DNA of 64,000 bases from Obrimoposthia wandeli (Eukaryota), in NCBI GenBank assembly GCA_977020255.1, contig CDROCS010000985.1, forward strand, positions 1-64,000, in the 5' to 3' direction. Under the pieces are notes generated by a model. It ran no database searches. It saw only the letters and a program-made list of their open reading frames with translations, and had not been told where the DNA came from. Both the position numbers and the translations under genes were made by a program. Positions 8,462 to 21,225 of the stretch are shown here, one piece after another; position 1 is the stretch's first letter; each line of letters starts with the position of its first letter.

Positions 8462-9487
8462 ATGGCACAGAAATTTGATGTTTGCGTACTAGGTGCAACA
8501 GGTTTAGTGGGCAAAACAATTATTGAAATACTAGAACAACGTGATTTTCCTATTAATAAATTATATCCATTGGCGAGCGCTCGCTCTGCTGGTGAATTTG
8601 TTGAGTTTAATGGGGAAAGTATTGAAATATTAGATGCTGAACACTTTGATTGGAGCCAAGCGCAAATTGGTTTCTTTTCAGCGGGCGGCGAAATTTCAGC
8701 GAAATACGCGCCAATTGCTGCTGATGCGGGCTGTATCGTTATTGATAATACTTCTGAGTTTCGCTATGACGCGGATATTCCATTAGTGGTACCAGAAGTT
8801 AACCCACAAGCGTTAGCGGAATACCGTAATCGTAATATTATTGCGAACCCAAACTGTTCAACCATTCAAATGATGGTAGCGTTAAAACCTATTTATGATG
8901 CCGTGGGCATTGCACGCGTTAATGTCAGCACTTATCAATCAGTTTCTGGCGGCGGTAAAGCGGCTATGGACGAACTTGCAAAACAAACAGCAGATTTATT
9001 ATGTGGCAAACCGGTAGAGTCTAAAAACTTCCCTCGTCAAATTGCTTTTAATGTTATTCCGCAAATTGATGTATTTCTTGAAAATGGTTATACCAAAGAA
9101 GAAATGAAAATGGTGTGGGAGACACAGAAAATTTTAGGTGACGACACGGTATTGGTAAACCCAACCGCTGTGCGTGTACCGGTATTTTTTGGTCACGGTG
9201 AATCATTACATATTGAAACTAACTCACCAATTTCTGCTGAAGAAGTGAAAGAGTTATTAAGTAAAGCACCAGGTATCGTGGTTTGTCATAATGATGAAGA
9301 CTTCCCTACACAAATTAGTGACGCTAGTGGTAAAGATGAAACATTTGTTGGGCGTATTCGCGAAGACATTAGCCATAACTGCGGTATTAATATGTGGATT
9401 GTGGCAGATAACGTACGCAAAGGCGCAGCAACCAATAGTGTTCAAATTGCCGAATTATTGATTAAAGATCATCTCGGCGAGTATTAA
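8462..9487 (+). CDS. asd: Aspartate-semialdehyde dehydrogenase (type 2/Usg-like)
   Basis: GATGLVG, IANPNCST, DNVRKGAA. Confidence 0.93.
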   Translation: MAQKFDVCVLGATGLVGKTIIEILEQRDFPINKLYPLASARSAGEFVEFNGESIEILDAEHFDWSQAQIGFFSAGGEISAKYAPIAADAGCIVIDNTSEFRYDADIPLVVPEVNPQALAEYRNRNIIANPNCSTIQMMVALKPIYDAVGIARVNVSTYQSVSGGGKAAMDELAKQTADLLCGKPVESKNFPRQIAFNVIPQIDVFLENGYTKEEMKMVWETQKILGDDTVLVNPTAVRVPVFFGHGESLHIETNSPISAEEVKELLSKAPGIVVCHNDEDFPTQISDASGKDETFVGRIREDISHNCGINMWIVADNVRKGAATNSVQIAELLIKDHLGEY

Positions 9488-9522
9488 TTCTCGTTAAGTT
9501 GTAGATTTATTAAAGAAAAATG

Positions 9523-9556
9523 AAAACCCGTCGTTATAATAAACGACGGGTTTTTT
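9523..9556 (+). terminator. Rho-independent terminator
   Basis: AAAACCCGTCGTT ... AACGACGGGTTTTTT. Confidence 0.85.
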
Positions 9557-11377
9557 GTTTTTATGTCAATTAGATCTCTTTAATACTAAATATCGAAGGT
9601 TTTAAGTCATAATTCTGTAAGTGTTATGAGCTAATCGTTAACGGGCTACTCATTAGCGATTGTACTTGAGTAATATCTCCCACTTTATTTTTAACGCTTT
9701 GAAGGTGAGAGAAATACTGTTTGGTATAATTTAATGGTAGTTAAATTAACGATAAGATAAGTATTACAGCGTTAATTTGATAACATAGTGAAAAGCTAGA
9801 ACATATTTAGCCAAGTGCTTAAAGCAATGATCAATAATTGGAATAATATTTGCTTTACAATCTCCTGACTTGGCCCCGTCAATGTATTGGCGAATAATCA
9901 TTATAAATAGGAAATTTTAATGCAAAAATTTTTACATCTGTGCCTATGGCAGATACTTTTTATTAGCATTAGTTGCTTTAGCCTACCTATTTCCGCTGAA
10001 GAGAGTGGTATACGTATTCGAGGGCCAAAATCGACAGATGCCTTTCCTTATGATCGCTACGGCCCCACTGTTGGCAAAGATACCTTATGGAATATTGCGC
10101 TAAAAGTTCGCCCTGATCCTCGTTTATCTGTTTACCAAGTCATGCAAGCACTGTATGAGAATAATCCCGGCTCTTTCAAAGATAACAATTTAAACCACAT
10201 GATCAGTGGGCAATATTTAAAGATTCCGTCAATTGATGTGATGAGAGCTATTAGCACTAGCAATGCACAACAAAAATCACGCAGTGATGATCAAGCTTGG
10301 CAAAAGAAAGTGGTGAAAGTTGTCGCTAAAAAAGTGATACCACCAGAAGAAGCTTCTGTTAATAAAAAAGATTTAGATGCTGCAAAATCAGAAATCAACG
10401 TTCAATTAAAAGCCATTGATGACACACAACAACAACGTTTAGCGACGATTCAAAATGATGTTTTGGACTCTATCGATGGTTTACAAAGCTTATTAAAAGA
10501 AAATGAAACCTTACGAGATCGCCTAACAAGCTTTAATGACCAACTTGGGACCATGCAAAACGAAGTGGCGAAAAGCAAAGAAATTAAAGTGCAGATGGAC
10601 GATATGATCGCTCTGCAACAGGCATTATTAGCAAAAGCTGAAGCTCGAGAACAATCTTTACTGCTTGAAAAACAAAAAGCAGACCTTGAAGATAACAACT
10701 TTATGTCGAGCACTTGGTTTATTGTTTTAATGGCGACGTTACCTGCAATTATTGTGTTGGCGCTATTCGCTATTTTATTGCGACGTCGTTCAAGTAAAGA
10801 TGATGATGTAAAGGTTGTTGAAACTAAAGAAGCCAAGGTTGCTGAACCAGAAGCTAAAATCGTCGATATTGAAAAAGAAGAACCTGAAAGCTTGGATAGC
10901 GAAATGTCGCTAGATGATGATTTAACACTCGATAGTGAGCTTTCACTTGATGATGAATTATCAATAGATCTATCTGAGAATGATGAAGATCATGATGATT
11001 TGTTTGCTGATGATTTAGCTTCGCTTGATGAAGAGTTACTCGATGATGAATCTATTCAACTTGATGATTTAGATGACTTAGACGATTTGGAAGATATTTC
11101 CTTAGAAGACGATCTAGACGCTATTGCGCTAGATGACGATAATGAAGAAGGTGAAGCTTTAGAGGGCGGGCAGCTAGACCAAAGTGACTTAGATTCCCTA
11201 TTTGCTGATTTAGAAGATGATCTAATTATTGATGATGCAGATGAAGGTTTGAGTGATGACATTGATACATCGGAGGCACTTGATGGCGGTGTAGTTGGTC
11301 AGAATGAGTTAGATAGCTTACTCGATGGAATGTCTGGCAGCGAATCACCAGCTTCTGGCGAAGTGATTAACGATGCC

Positions 11378-12616
11378 GATGATATTGATGCGTTATTAGA
11401 TTCTGTCAATGATAAGCCTGCCGAAGCGGCGATAGCAGATAATGCGGATATTGCAGACCCTGATGATATTGATGCGTTATTAGATTCTGTCAATGATAAG
11501 CCTGCCGAGGCGGCGATAGCAGATAATGCTGATGTTGCAGACCCAGATGATATTGATGCGTTATTAGATTCTGTCAATGATAAGCCTGCCGAGGCGGCGA
11601 TAGCAGATAATGCTGACGTTGCAGACCCTGATGATATTGATGCGTTGTTAGATTCTATCAATGATAAGCCTGCAGAGGCGGCGATAGCAGATAATGCTGA
11701 TGTTGCAGACCCTGATGATATTGATGCGTTATTAGATTCTGTCAATGATAAGCCTGCCGAGGCGGCGATAGCTGATAATGCTGATGTTGCAGACCCAGAT
11801 GATATTGATGCGTTATTAGATTCTGTCAATGATAAGCCTGCTGAGGCGGCGATAGCAGATAATGCTGATGTTGCAGATCCTGATGATATTGATGCGTTAT
11901 TAGATTCTGTCAATGATAAGTCTGCTGAGGCTGCGATAGCAGATAATGCGGATGTTGCAGATCCTGATGATATTGATGCGTTGTTAGACTCTATCAATGA
12001 TGAAACAGAGAAACCTGCCGAAGCGGCGATAGCAGATAATGCCGATGTTGCAGATCCTGATGATATTGATGCGTTGTTAGACTCTATCAATGATGAGACA
12101 GAGAAACCTGCAGAAGCGCTAGTTGAAGATAATGTTGATGTTGCAGATCCTGATGATATTGATGCGTTATTAGACTCTATCAATGATGAAGCAGAGAAAC
12201 CTGCAGAAGCGCTAGTTGAAGATAATGCGGATGTTGCAGACCCTGATGATATTGATGCGTTATTAGACTCTATCAATGACGAAGCAGAGAAACCTGCAGA
12301 AGCGCTAGTTGAAGATAATGCGGATGTTGCAGACCCTGATGATATTGATGCGTTATTAGACTCTATCAATGACGAAGCAGATAAACCTGCAGAAGCGCTA
12401 GTTGAAGATAATGCTGATGTTGCAGACCCTGATGATATTGATGCGTTATTAGACTCTATCAATGATGAAGCAGATAAACCTGCAGAAGCGCTAGTTGAAG
12501 ATAATGCTGATGTTGCAGATCCTGATGATATTGATGCGTTATTAGACTCTATCAATGATGAAGCAGATAAACCTGCAGAAGCGCTAGTTGAAGATAATGC
12601 TGATGTTGCAGATCCT
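11378..12616 (+). repeat. Coding tandem repeat A: 7 x 84 bp followed by 7 x 93 bp
   Basis: DDIDALLDS(V/I)NDK(P/S)AEAAIADNAD(V/I)ADP x7, then DDIDALLDSINDE(T/A)(E/D)KPAEA...DVADP x7. Confidence 0.95.
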
Positions 12617-12835
12617 GATGAAACTTCTGACTCTATAAGTGACACGGCAAAGTCGACGGAAAGCTTAGATAATGAAGATTTTAGTGCTGATGAAAATGAT
12701 GTTTCTGATAGTTCAGAAGATGAGAATTTAGCGCTTATTAATAATTTTAGTGACAAGTATGTACAATCGTTCTTAGAGACTGATTTGAGTGATTTACTAG
12801 ATGAATCTACCGATGAAATAGCAGCTTCAGATCTT

Positions 12836-14124
12836 GCTCTTGATCTTCAAGAGGAAGCACTGGATGTTAAGCCAGAAACAGAAACTGATAGCAGCCAAGA
12901 CAATGCCAGTGAAAATTTAATCGACGATAGTGAAGATATTGCTGATGATTTTGACCTAGATGCATTGATTGATGAAGTGAATGAGCCAATAGAAAGTGGT
13001 ACTTCTTTAACGAGCCTGCTCTGATCTTCAAGAGGAAGAGCATGTTAAGTCAGAATCTGAGAATCACAGAGAGTGAAGCTGATAGCAGCCAAGACAATGC
13101 CAGTGAAAATTTAATCGACGATAGCGAAGATATTGCTGATGATTTTGACTTAGATGCATTGATTGATGAAGTAAATGAGCCAATAGAAAGTGCTGAGCCT
13201 GCTCTTGATCTTCAAGAGGAAGAGCTGGATGTTAAGTCAGAATCAGAATCAGAAACAGAATCAGAGAGTGAAGCTGATAGCGGCCAAGACAATGCCAGTG
13301 AAAATTTAATCGACGATAGTGAAGATATTGCTGATGATTTTGACCTAGATGCATTGATTGATGAAGTAAATGAGCCAATAGAAAGTGCTGAGCCTGCTCT
13401 TGATCTTCAAGAGGAAGAGCTGGATGTTAAGTCAGAATCAGAATCAGAATCAGAAACAGAGAGTGAATCTGATAGCAGCCAAGATAATGCCAGTGAAAAT
13501 TTAATCGACGATAGCGAAGATATTGCTGATGATTTTGACTTAGATGCATTGATTGATGAAGTAAATGAGCCAATAGAAAGTGCTGAGCCTGCTCTTGATC
13601 TTCAAGAGGAAGAGCTGGATGTTAAGTCAGAATCAGAATCAGAAACAGAGAGTGAAGCTGATAGCAGCCAAGATAATGCCAGTGAAAATTTAATCGACGA
13701 TAGCGAAGATATTGCTGATGATTTTGACCTAGATGCATTGATTGATGAAGTGAATGAGCCAATAGAAAGTGCTGAGCCTGCTCTTGACCTTCAAGAGGAA
13801 GAGCTGGATGTTAAGTCAGAATCAGAAACAGAGAGTGAAGCTGATAGCAGCCAAGACAATGCCAGTGAAAATTTAATCGACGATAGTGAAGATATTGCTG
13901 ATGATTTTGACTTAGATGCATTGATTGATGAAGTGAATGAGCCAATAGAAAGTGCTGAGCCTGCTCTTGATCTTCAAGAGGAAGAGTTGGATGTTAAGTC
14001 AGAAACAGAAACAGAAACAGAAACAGAAAGCAGCCAAGACAATGCCAGTGAAAATTTAATCGACGATAGCGAAGATATTTCTGATGATTTTGACCTTGAT
14101 GCACTGATTGATGAAGTCAATGAA
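12836..14124 (+). repeat. Coding tandem repeat B: 7 units of ~160-200 bp with an internal hexamer microsatellite
   Basis: ALDLQEEELDVK(SE/TE)n..SQDNASENLIDDSEDIADDFDLDALIDEVNEPIES; unit length varies with TCAGAA/ACAGAA copy number. Confidence 0.92.
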
Positions 14125-15098
14125 TCATTAGATACGTCTGATGATGAGTTATTGGATATTGGCGATGACCTGCTCGATACTGAATTATCAGATGTTGAAC
14201 AATCAGACACTGAGTTAGATACCGATGATCAATCAGGCGAGAGTACTACCGCATTTGTTGATGATGAAACAATGTATGAGTTGTCCAATGATTTTGATGA
14301 ATCGACACTTGCTCAGTTATTAAGTGAAGAGAAAGAAATTGATTCTATGATGGAGTTATCGCCTGACTTTACTGACAGCAATGTACTCGCGGATCTATTA
14401 GCCGAAGATCGCTATGACAGCATGCATAACAACATTAAAAGTGATACCAAAAGTAACGCTGAAGAAGTTAGTGGCATGAAAGAGCTTGATAATTTAGATT
14501 TTGATGACTTACTAGCCAATATTGAAGAAGAGAGCAGCGCATCTAATAACGATGAATTTGCATTGGACGAAAACTTTGAGATAGGTGATGATTTTGATCT
14601 CGAGGTTGTCGATGATGAAGAGCCACTAGATGAAGATAATTTAGTGAATAAAGAGCCGGAAGAAGATTTTATTTCTGTCGACTCGTTATTGTCAGAGAGT
14701 TTACTTGATGGCAAGCCAACCGAACCATATCAAAAAATGAATATTGACGTCGGGCTTGGTGAGTTTCCTGAATTTTCCGGTAATATCACCGAAGATGATA
14801 TCGATGATGATGACAACGGCATCGCGGCAAAACTAGATTTAGCTAAGGTTTATATTGAAATTGGTGATAATGAAAATGCTGAAGTTATTTTACTTGATGT
14901 CGTTAAGCAGGGCGATGCTCAGCAACAATTTGATGCAAAACAATTATTAGATAATTTAAATTAGTAACGTGATTCTTGATAAAGAAAGGCGGCCAATGGC
15001 GGTCTTTCTTTACAACTGTCGCTGACAAATTCTACATATTGTTTACGTGTCAGATGGCAAAAATAGCTAAAATAATAGATAATGCTCACTCCTAAGCA

Positions 15099-15893
15099 GT
15101 GGAGAATAAAATGCGTTACGCATTAGGCATAGAATACGACGGTAGTAATTACTACGGTTGGCAAAGACAAAAAAATGTTATCAGTGTTCAAGAGTCGTTA
15201 GAAAAAGCGTTATCAAAAATAGCTGACGAACCTATTGAAGTGGTTTGCGCGGGTAGAACAGATACCGGCGTTAATGCGACTAATCAGGTTGTTCATTTTG
15301 AGACTGATAAAATACGCAAAGATGTAGCATGGACACTCGGTGTAAATACTAATTTACCGAAAGATATTGCTGTATCTTGGGTGAGAGAAGTCAAAGAAGA
15401 CTTTCACGCCCGCTTTAGCGCAACGGCAAGACAGTACCGCTATATTATTAACAATAGCCGTCTACGTTCGGCAATTTTAAGCTCAGGTATTAGCTTCTGT
15501 CATTACCCGCTCAATGAAAACTTAATGCATCAAGCGGCGCAATATTTAATCGGTCGCCACGACTTTACTTCGTTTAGAACCGTGCATTGTCAATCAAACT
15601 CTCCGATACGAACTTTGTATCATTGTAACGTTTCTCGCCAAGGTGAGTTTGTTATCATTGATGTTAAAGGCAATGCTTTTCTTCATCATATGGTGAGAAA
15701 TATTGCTGGTAGCTTAATGAAAGTTGGACAGGAACTAAAGCCGGTTAGTTGGCTCAAAGAAGTCTTAGAAGCTAAAAATCGTTGTGTTGCAGGTATTACT
15801 GCACCATCTGCTGGTTTATACTTTGTTGATGTTGATTATCCTGAAGAGTTTGGTATTCCAAAGCGTAATCCTGGACCATTGTTTCTATTATAA
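15099..15893 (+). CDS. truA: tRNA pseudouridine(38-40) synthase
   Basis: GRTDTGV catalytic motif, [15 protein letters not shown]. Confidence 0.97.
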   Translation: MENKMRYALGIEYDGSNYYGWQRQKNVISVQESLEKALSKIADEPIEVVCAGRTDTGVNATNQVVHFETDKIRKDVAWTLGVNTNLPKDIAVSWVREVKEDFHARFSATARQYRYIINNSRLRSAILSSGISFCHYPLNENLMHQAAQYLIGRHDFTSFRTVHCQSNSPIRTLYHCNVSRQGEFVIIDVKGNAFLHHMVRNIAGSLMKVGQELKPVSWLKEVLEAKNRCVAGITAPSAGLYFVDVDYPEEFGIPKRNPGPLFLL

Positions 15894-16050
15894 TCAGTGA
15901 TAAGAAAGAGAACAGACCAGTTTTTCCTATAATTGTGTAGCTGTTCTATGGTCTAATTCAACGTTATATATGTAATTAGCAAATTTTTATATCTAGTGGT
16001 TGTATTTTAAACAATTATTAGATTTCTCGTGCATAGGCAAAAAATATATT

Positions 16051-16908
16051 ATGAGCTGGATTGAAAAAATTCTCCCAAAAGCAAAGTCGACACAAAAACG
16101 CAATATTCCGGAAGGGGTTTGGAGTAAGTGTACTAGCTGTAACGCGGTTCTATATAAAGTTGAGTTAGAACGACAGATGTCGGTTTGCCCAAAATGTGAT
16201 CACCATATGCGCATCTCTGCGCGTAAACGTATTGATGGCTTCCTTGACCAGGGCGAGCGCGTTGAGCTAGGTGAAGAGTTTGAAGCACAAGATATTTTGA
16301 AGTTTAAAGACTCAAAACGTTACAAAGATCGCATTTCAGCAGCACAAAAAAATACCGGTGAAAAAGATGCCCTAGTCGTTATGAAAGGTGAGCTTCACGG
16401 CCAACCTATTGTGGTTGCTGCTTTTGAATTTGCCTTTTTAGGTGGTTCTATGGCGTCAGTTGTTGGTGCTCGTTTTGTTAAAGGTGTTGAATACTGTTTA
16501 GAGCATAACGTACCTTTCGTTTGTTTTTCTGCCAGTGGTGGCGCACGTATGCAAGAAGCATTATTTTCTTTAATGCAGATGGCAAAAACGAGTGCAGCGT
16601 TGGCGAAAATGAGTGAAAAAGGCCTACCTTATGTTTCAGTGCTAACGGATCCTACTATGGGTGGTGTTTCAGCAAGTTTAGCCATGCTAGGTGATATTAA
16701 TGTCGCTGAACCTAAAGCGTTAATTGGCTTTGCAGGTCCTCGTGTTATCGAGCAAACAGTACGTGAAAAACTTCCTGAAGGCTTTCAGCGCAGTGAGTTT
16801 TTGAAAGAAAAAGGCGCGATTGATTTAATTGTTGATCGCCGTGAAATGCGTAGCACTTTAGCTCGCATGCTTGCTAAGTTTATGGGACAAGATAGCCCAG
16901 CACCATAA
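16051..16908 (+). CDS. accD: Acetyl-CoA carboxylase carboxyltransferase beta subunit
   Basis: MSWIEKIL start at 16051, C4 zinc finger, SGGARMQE. Confidence 0.97.
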   Translation: MSWIEKILPKAKSTQKRNIPEGVWSKCTSCNAVLYKVELERQMSVCPKCDHHMRISARKRIDGFLDQGERVELGEEFEAQDILKFKDSKRYKDRISAAQKNTGEKDALVVMKGELHGQPIVVAAFEFAFLGGSMASVVGARFVKGVEYCLEHNVPFVCFSASGGARMQEALFSLMQMAKTSAALAKMSEKGLPYVSVLTDPTMGGVSASLAMLGDINVAEPKALIGFAGPRVIEQTVREKLPEGFQRSEFLKEKGAIDLIVDRREMRSTLARMLAKFMGQDSPAP

Positions 16909-16918
16909 CGGTAAACTC

Positions 16919-18196
16919 ATGTCAAAAATGATTAAAGGCCATTCAGCAAGAGTCAATCTTACTGAATGGCTTTCTTATTTAGAAAACATACACGCAGTCG
17001 AAATCGATCTGGGCTTGCAGCGTATTGCACAAGTTGCAAAAAAACTGAATATTGCTTTTCCAAATGCAACGGTTATTACTGTTGCTGGTACTAATGGCAA
17101 GGGCACGACCTGTGCTTTTTTAGAAAATGCATTTTTAGCTCAAAACTTAACTTGTTCGGTCTATTCTTCGCCCCATATCGAACGTTTTAACGAACGTTTA
17201 CGTCTTAACCGTTGTGAAGTCAGTGATGATGCTCTAGTGAGTGCATTTGATACCATAGAAAACGCTCGAGGCGATATTTCACTCACCTATTATGAATATA
17301 CTACGTTAGCCGCGCTGCTGGTGTTAATGGCAGAGCAACCTGATGTTATTATTCTTGAAGTTGGCTTAGGTGGGCGTTTAGATGCGACCAATATTATAGA
17401 CGCTGATATTGCCGTAGTAACCACTATCGATTTAGACCATCAAGCTTACTTAGGTGATACTCGCGAAGCCATAGGTTTCGAAAAAGCAGGTATTATGCGG
17501 GCGAATAAAATGGCGGTGGTCGGTGATACTAACCCGCCTAAGTCATTGGCGGCACATGCCGATAGTATCGCTGCTAACGCCTATTTTCGAGAGCAAAACT
17601 TCACGGTTGAATTATCAGATAATAATTCTACTTGGTCATGGTCTAGTGATAGAAATAGCTTTTCGACGCTTAGCGCTTGTTATATTCCACAAGACAACGT
17701 GGCAACGGCCATCATGGTGCTAGAGCTGTTGACTGAAAAATTTGCTTTGTCGCTAAATAGTCAATTTATCAACGAAATCATTGCGCAAACAAAAGTAGCT
17801 GGTCGAATGGAGAAATTTTCGCTCGACTGTGATGTTATTTTAGATGTGGGGCACAACCCACAAGCTTCACGATATTTAGCGTCGCAATTGCAACAGCTCA
17901 ATTATCCGAAAGTCCATGCTGTGCTAGGTATGCTGTCAGATAAAGATGTGGAAAATACGGTTGCCGCGCTTTTACCTGAGGTTACGCAGTGGTATATCGG
18001 CACGCTTAATGTACCTAGAGGTTGTGCGGCAAACAAAATTGTTGAACAGATACAAATAGACCCGAGTAAAGTAAATTGCTTTGACAATGTCTCTCAGGCA
18101 TTTAGAATGGCAAAACAGAATGCGAAAGCAACTGATCTTGTTCTAGTTTTTGGATCGTTTTTTACCGTTGCCGAAATAAGACGCTTATTAGTTTAG
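16919..18196 (+). CDS. folC: Folylpolyglutamate synthase/dihydrofolate synthase
   Basis: VAGTNGKGTT, EVGLGGRLDATN, DVGHNP; likely ATG at 16919. Confidence 0.95.
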   Translation: MSKMIKGHSARVNLTEWLSYLENIHAVEIDLGLQRIAQVAKKLNIAFPNATVITVAGTNGKGTTCAFLENAFLAQNLTCSVYSSPHIERFNERLRLNRCEVSDDALVSAFDTIENARGDISLTYYEYTTLAALLVLMAEQPDVIILEVGLGGRLDATNIIDADIAVVTTIDLDHQAYLGDTREAIGFEKAGIMRANKMAVVGDTNPPKSLAAHADSIAANAYFREQNFTVELSDNNSTWSWSSDRNSFSTLSACYIPQDNVATAIMVLELLTEKFALSLNSQFINEIIAQTKVAGRMEKFSLDCDVILDVGHNPQASRYLASQLQQLNYPKVHAVLGMLSDKDVENTVAALLPEVTQWYIGTLNVPRGCAANKIVEQIQIDPSKVNCFDNVSQAFRMAKQNAKATDLVLVFGSFFTVAEIRRLLV

Positions 18197-18214
18197 CAAA
18201 GCTTGGAGTACAAC

Positions 18215-18847
18215 TTGTCTACACCGTTTCAAAATCGTTTAGTGGGTACCATTATTGTGGCCGCCGTTGCTATTATATTTTTGCCAGATGTACTTGATGG
18301 CGATAAAAAGACTTATCAAGATAATTTTGAAACCATCCCACATGCGCCTCAGGTAGATTTTCCTGCTGCGAATAAACGCTTCCCTGAAGAAAAACTGGCG
18401 AGTTTACCGCAAGAAAGCATTACCGATGAACGCGCTTTAGATGATGTTAGCGAGATAGATGCAGGGCAAGCACTCAACGAAACTGGTGTTACTGTGTCGA
18501 GTTTGTCTAAAGAGTCGTCATTCGCAGCAAAACAGACCGCATCAGAAATAAAAAAATCGGCTAATAACAATACTAAAAATACACCTAGCAAAGCCGTACT
18601 TAAGCAAGCTTGGGTTATTCAATTAGGTAGTTTTCGACATCAAAATAATGTTGACGACTTGGTCAGCAAGTTAAAAAAAGCAGGCTACACCGCTTTTACT
18701 AAGCCGATCAAAACAAAAAATGGCAAGTTGACCAAGGTTTTTATTGGCCCCGAGTTGATAAAATCATCCTTAGAGAAAAAACTCCCCGACCTGAAAAAGT
18801 TGACTAATGTGCAAGGAAAAGTTGCTCGTTTTAATCCAGCTAAATAA
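18215..18847 (+). CDS. dedD: SPOR-domain cell division protein
   Basis: [12 protein letters not shown] segment; C-terminal [12 protein letters not shown] domain; folC-dedD-cvpA order; GGAG before TTG 18215. Confidence 0.88.
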   Translation: MSTPFQNRLVGTIIVAAVAIIFLPDVLDGDKKTYQDNFETIPHAPQVDFPAANKRFPEEKLASLPQESITDERALDDVSEIDAGQALNETGVTVSSLSKESSFAAKQTASEIKKSANNNTKNTPSKAVLKQAWVIQLGSFRHQNNVDDLVSKLKKAGYTAFTKPIKTKNGKLTKVFIGPELIKSSLEKKLPDLKKLTNVQGKVARFNPAK

Positions 18848-18918
18848 CAAAATTATTGGTAAACGCTATCGGCCTTCTGATAGAATGCGCGCCTCTAATC
18901 AATGAGAATATTCGATTT

Positions 18919-19401
18919 ATGGTTTGGATAGATTATGCCATTTTGGCTATCATTGGCATTTCAGCTTTAATTAGCTTGGTGCGCGGCTTTGTTAAAGAAG
19001 CAGTTTCCTTAATTGTTTGGATCAGTGCCTTCTTCGTAGCAAGTAATTTTTATCTGAACTTGTCGACATTATTTACCAATATTTCCGATCAACTTCTGCG
19101 TAATGCAGCCTCTATCGCTATTTTATTTATCACCACCTTAATTTTAGGTGCGCTTGTTAACTATATAATCGGTCAGCTGGTCAGTAAAACTGGCTTGTCG
19201 GGCACCGACAGAGTGTTAGGCATTGTGTTTGGCGCCTTAAGAGGCGTATTGATCATCGCCGCGGTCTTATTTTTTATGGATGCATTTACGCCTGCGCCTT
19301 CTAGCCCATGGTGGCAGAGCTCTCAATTGATTCCTGAATTTACATTAATAGTTGAATGGTTTTTTGAATACCTCAAACAATCATCCAGTTTTTTAGCATA
19401 G
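18919..19401 (+). CDS. cvpA: Colicin V production protein
   Basis: MVWIDYAIL..., RGFVKE, DRVLG; directly upstream of purF. Confidence 0.93.
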   Translation: MVWIDYAILAIIGISALISLVRGFVKEAVSLIVWISAFFVASNFYLNLSTLFTNISDQLLRNAASIAILFITTLILGALVNYIIGQLVSKTGLSGTDRVLGIVFGALRGVLIIAAVLFFMDAFTPAPSSPWWQSSQLIPEFTLIVEWFFEYLKQSSSFLA

Positions 19402-19459
19402 TATTTAAACATAGTCTTTAAACTTAGTAGTTAAACTTAGTTCGTCGGAGAATAAGTTC

Positions 19460-20977
19460 ATGTGTGGTATTGTTGGTATTGTTGGTAAAACGCCCGTTGG
19501 TCAAGCTTTATATGATGGTTTAACGGTGTTACAGCATCGTGGCCAAGACGCTGCTGGTATTGTGACTATTCACGATAATACCTTTAGATTACGTAAAGGT
19601 AACGGCTTAGTAAAAGACGTTTTCCATACGCGTCATATGTTACGTCTTCAAGGTAATATCGGTATTGGTCATATTCGATACCCAACGGCAGGAACATCAA
19701 GTTCTTCAGAAGCACAGCCGTTTTATGCCAATTCACCTTTTGGTATTTCTCTTGCGCATAACGGTAACTTAACCAATGCTGAAGAATTAAAGCATTGGCT
19801 TAATACTGAAGCTCGTCGTCACGTTAATACCACATCTGATTCTGAATTATTACTTAATATTTTAGGTCACGAATTACAAAACACCGATCAACAAACTTTA
19901 GACCCAAGTGATATTTTCACTGCAGTGAGCAATGTACATAAACGTGTACGTGGCGCATACGCAACGGTTGCCTTAATTGTCGGTTACGGCATGATAGCTT
20001 TTCGTGACCCTAACGGTATTCGTCCTCTAGTTTTTGGTAAGCGTGAAACTGAATCTGGCATCGAATATATGGTGGCATCTGAGTCAGTAGCGCTTGATGC
20101 TAACGAATTTGAATTTGTTCGTGATGTGGCACCTGGTGAAGCTATTTTCTTCACTGAATCAGGTCAAATTCACAGCCAACAATGTGCTGAAAATCCGTCA
20201 TTTCATCCCTGTATTTTTGAATACGTTTATTTTGCTCGTCCAGATTCGTCAATTGATAAAATTTCTGTTTACGGATCTCGTGTTGATATGGGTAAAAAAC
20301 TAGGTGATAAAATTGCTAAGGAATGGGATGACATAGATATTGATGTTGTTATTCCAATCCCTGAAACATCTTGTGATACCGCACTAGAAATTGCTCGTCA
20401 TTTAAATATTCCTTACCGTCAAGGTTTTGTTAAAAATCGTTATATTGGCCGTACCTTTATTATGCCAGGGCAAGAACAACGTAAAAAATCAGTACGTCGT
20501 AAATTAAATGCTATTGGTACTGAGTTTTATGGCAAAAATGTTTTGCTTGTTGATGATTCAATTGTTCGTGGTACAACGTCAGGACAAATTATTGAAATGG
20601 CTCGTGCGGCAGGGGCTAAGAAAGTCTATTTTGCTTCAGCAGCACCTGAAATACGTTTTCCAAATGTTTATGGTATTGATATGCCAAGTGCAAATGAGTT
20701 AATCGCCCATGGCCGTGAACTTGACGATATTTGTGAACTCATTGGTGCTGATAAATTAATCTTCCAAACGTTAGAAGATTTAGTTGCTGCTGTTTCTACC
20801 GCAAACCCTGATATTACAGAGTTTGAAACGTCAGTCTTTAATGGCGAATATGTCACTAAAGATATTGATCAAGACTATTTAGATAGACTAGATGCTTTGC
20901 GAAATAATGAAACAAAAGAGACTTCAGACAAAAATGCAGATTCGATTATTGATATGTATAATGAAGGCGCTGAGTAG
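19460..20977 (+). CDS. purF: Amidophosphoribosyltransferase
   Basis: MCGIVG (Ntn Cys), [16 protein letters not shown]. Confidence 0.98.
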   Translation: MCGIVGIVGKTPVGQALYDGLTVLQHRGQDAAGIVTIHDNTFRLRKGNGLVKDVFHTRHMLRLQGNIGIGHIRYPTAGTSSSSEAQPFYANSPFGISLAHNGNLTNAEELKHWLNTEARRHVNTTSDSELLLNILGHELQNTDQQTLDPSDIFTAVSNVHKRVRGAYATVALIVGYGMIAFRDPNGIRPLVFGKRETESGIEYMVASESVALDANEFEFVRDVAPGEAIFFTESGQIHSQQCAENPSFHPCIFEYVYFARPDSSIDKISVYGSRVDMGKKLGDKIAKEWDDIDIDVVIPIPETSCDTALEIARHLNIPYRQGFVKNRYIGRTFIMPGQEQRKKSVRRKLNAIGTEFYGKNVLLVDDSIVRGTTSGQIIEMARAAGAKKVYFASAAPEIRFPNVYGIDMPSANELIAHGRELDDICELIGADKLIFQTLEDLVAAVSTANPDITEFETSVFNGEYVTKDIDQDYLDRLDALRNNETKETSDKNADSIIDMYNEGAE

Positions 20978-21114
20978 TTCGTCGCTTTTTAAATAGCATT
21001 TTATACCAAATGTAATAAGTTATTGACGATTTAAACCGCCTTAAAATGATCTATTATTTATTTCAATTGTTATTACATAGCGCTTAAGCAATTAACTCGT
21101 TAAAAATTAATGAT

Positions 21115-21150
21115 AAAAAAGGCTGCTGAATTTATTCAGCAGCCTTTTTT
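21115..21150. terminator. Bidirectional terminator between convergent genes
   Basis: AAAAAAGGCTGCTGAA-ttta-TTCAGCAGCCTTTTTT. Confidence 0.85.
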
Positions 21151-21225
21151 ATGGTGATTAACTTTTATTGCTAAGCTTTAAATTTTAGCCAAGCCAAAGC
21201 TAGTCAAAAGACATTGCTTGGGCCA

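Larger units (their letters stand above)
9920..14964 (+). pseudogene. fimV: FimV/HubP polar landmark protein, split into 9920-13024 and 13042-14964 by an indel cluster
   Basis: Signal peptide, LysM-like DTLWNIALKVRP, coiled coil, one TM helix, long acidic region and C-terminal KLDLAKVYIEIGD domain. Canonical asd-fimV-truA position. The break may be an assembly artefact. Confidence 0.9.

Noticed and set aside
11299-12756. 485-aa Ser/Ala-rich ORF on the minus strand
   Set aside because: Antisense shadow of the fimV GAT/GAA-rich repeats; same for 10450-10836, 11056-11262, 13974-14210 and 14412-14714.
12999-13011. GTACTTC insertion as a nanopore adapter remnant
   Set aside because: Only 7 nt match the adapter as recalled; too short to claim.
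18853-18872. PurR box upstream of cvpA-purF
   Set aside because: GGTAAACGCTATCG matches only the left half of ACGCAAACGTTTGCGT.
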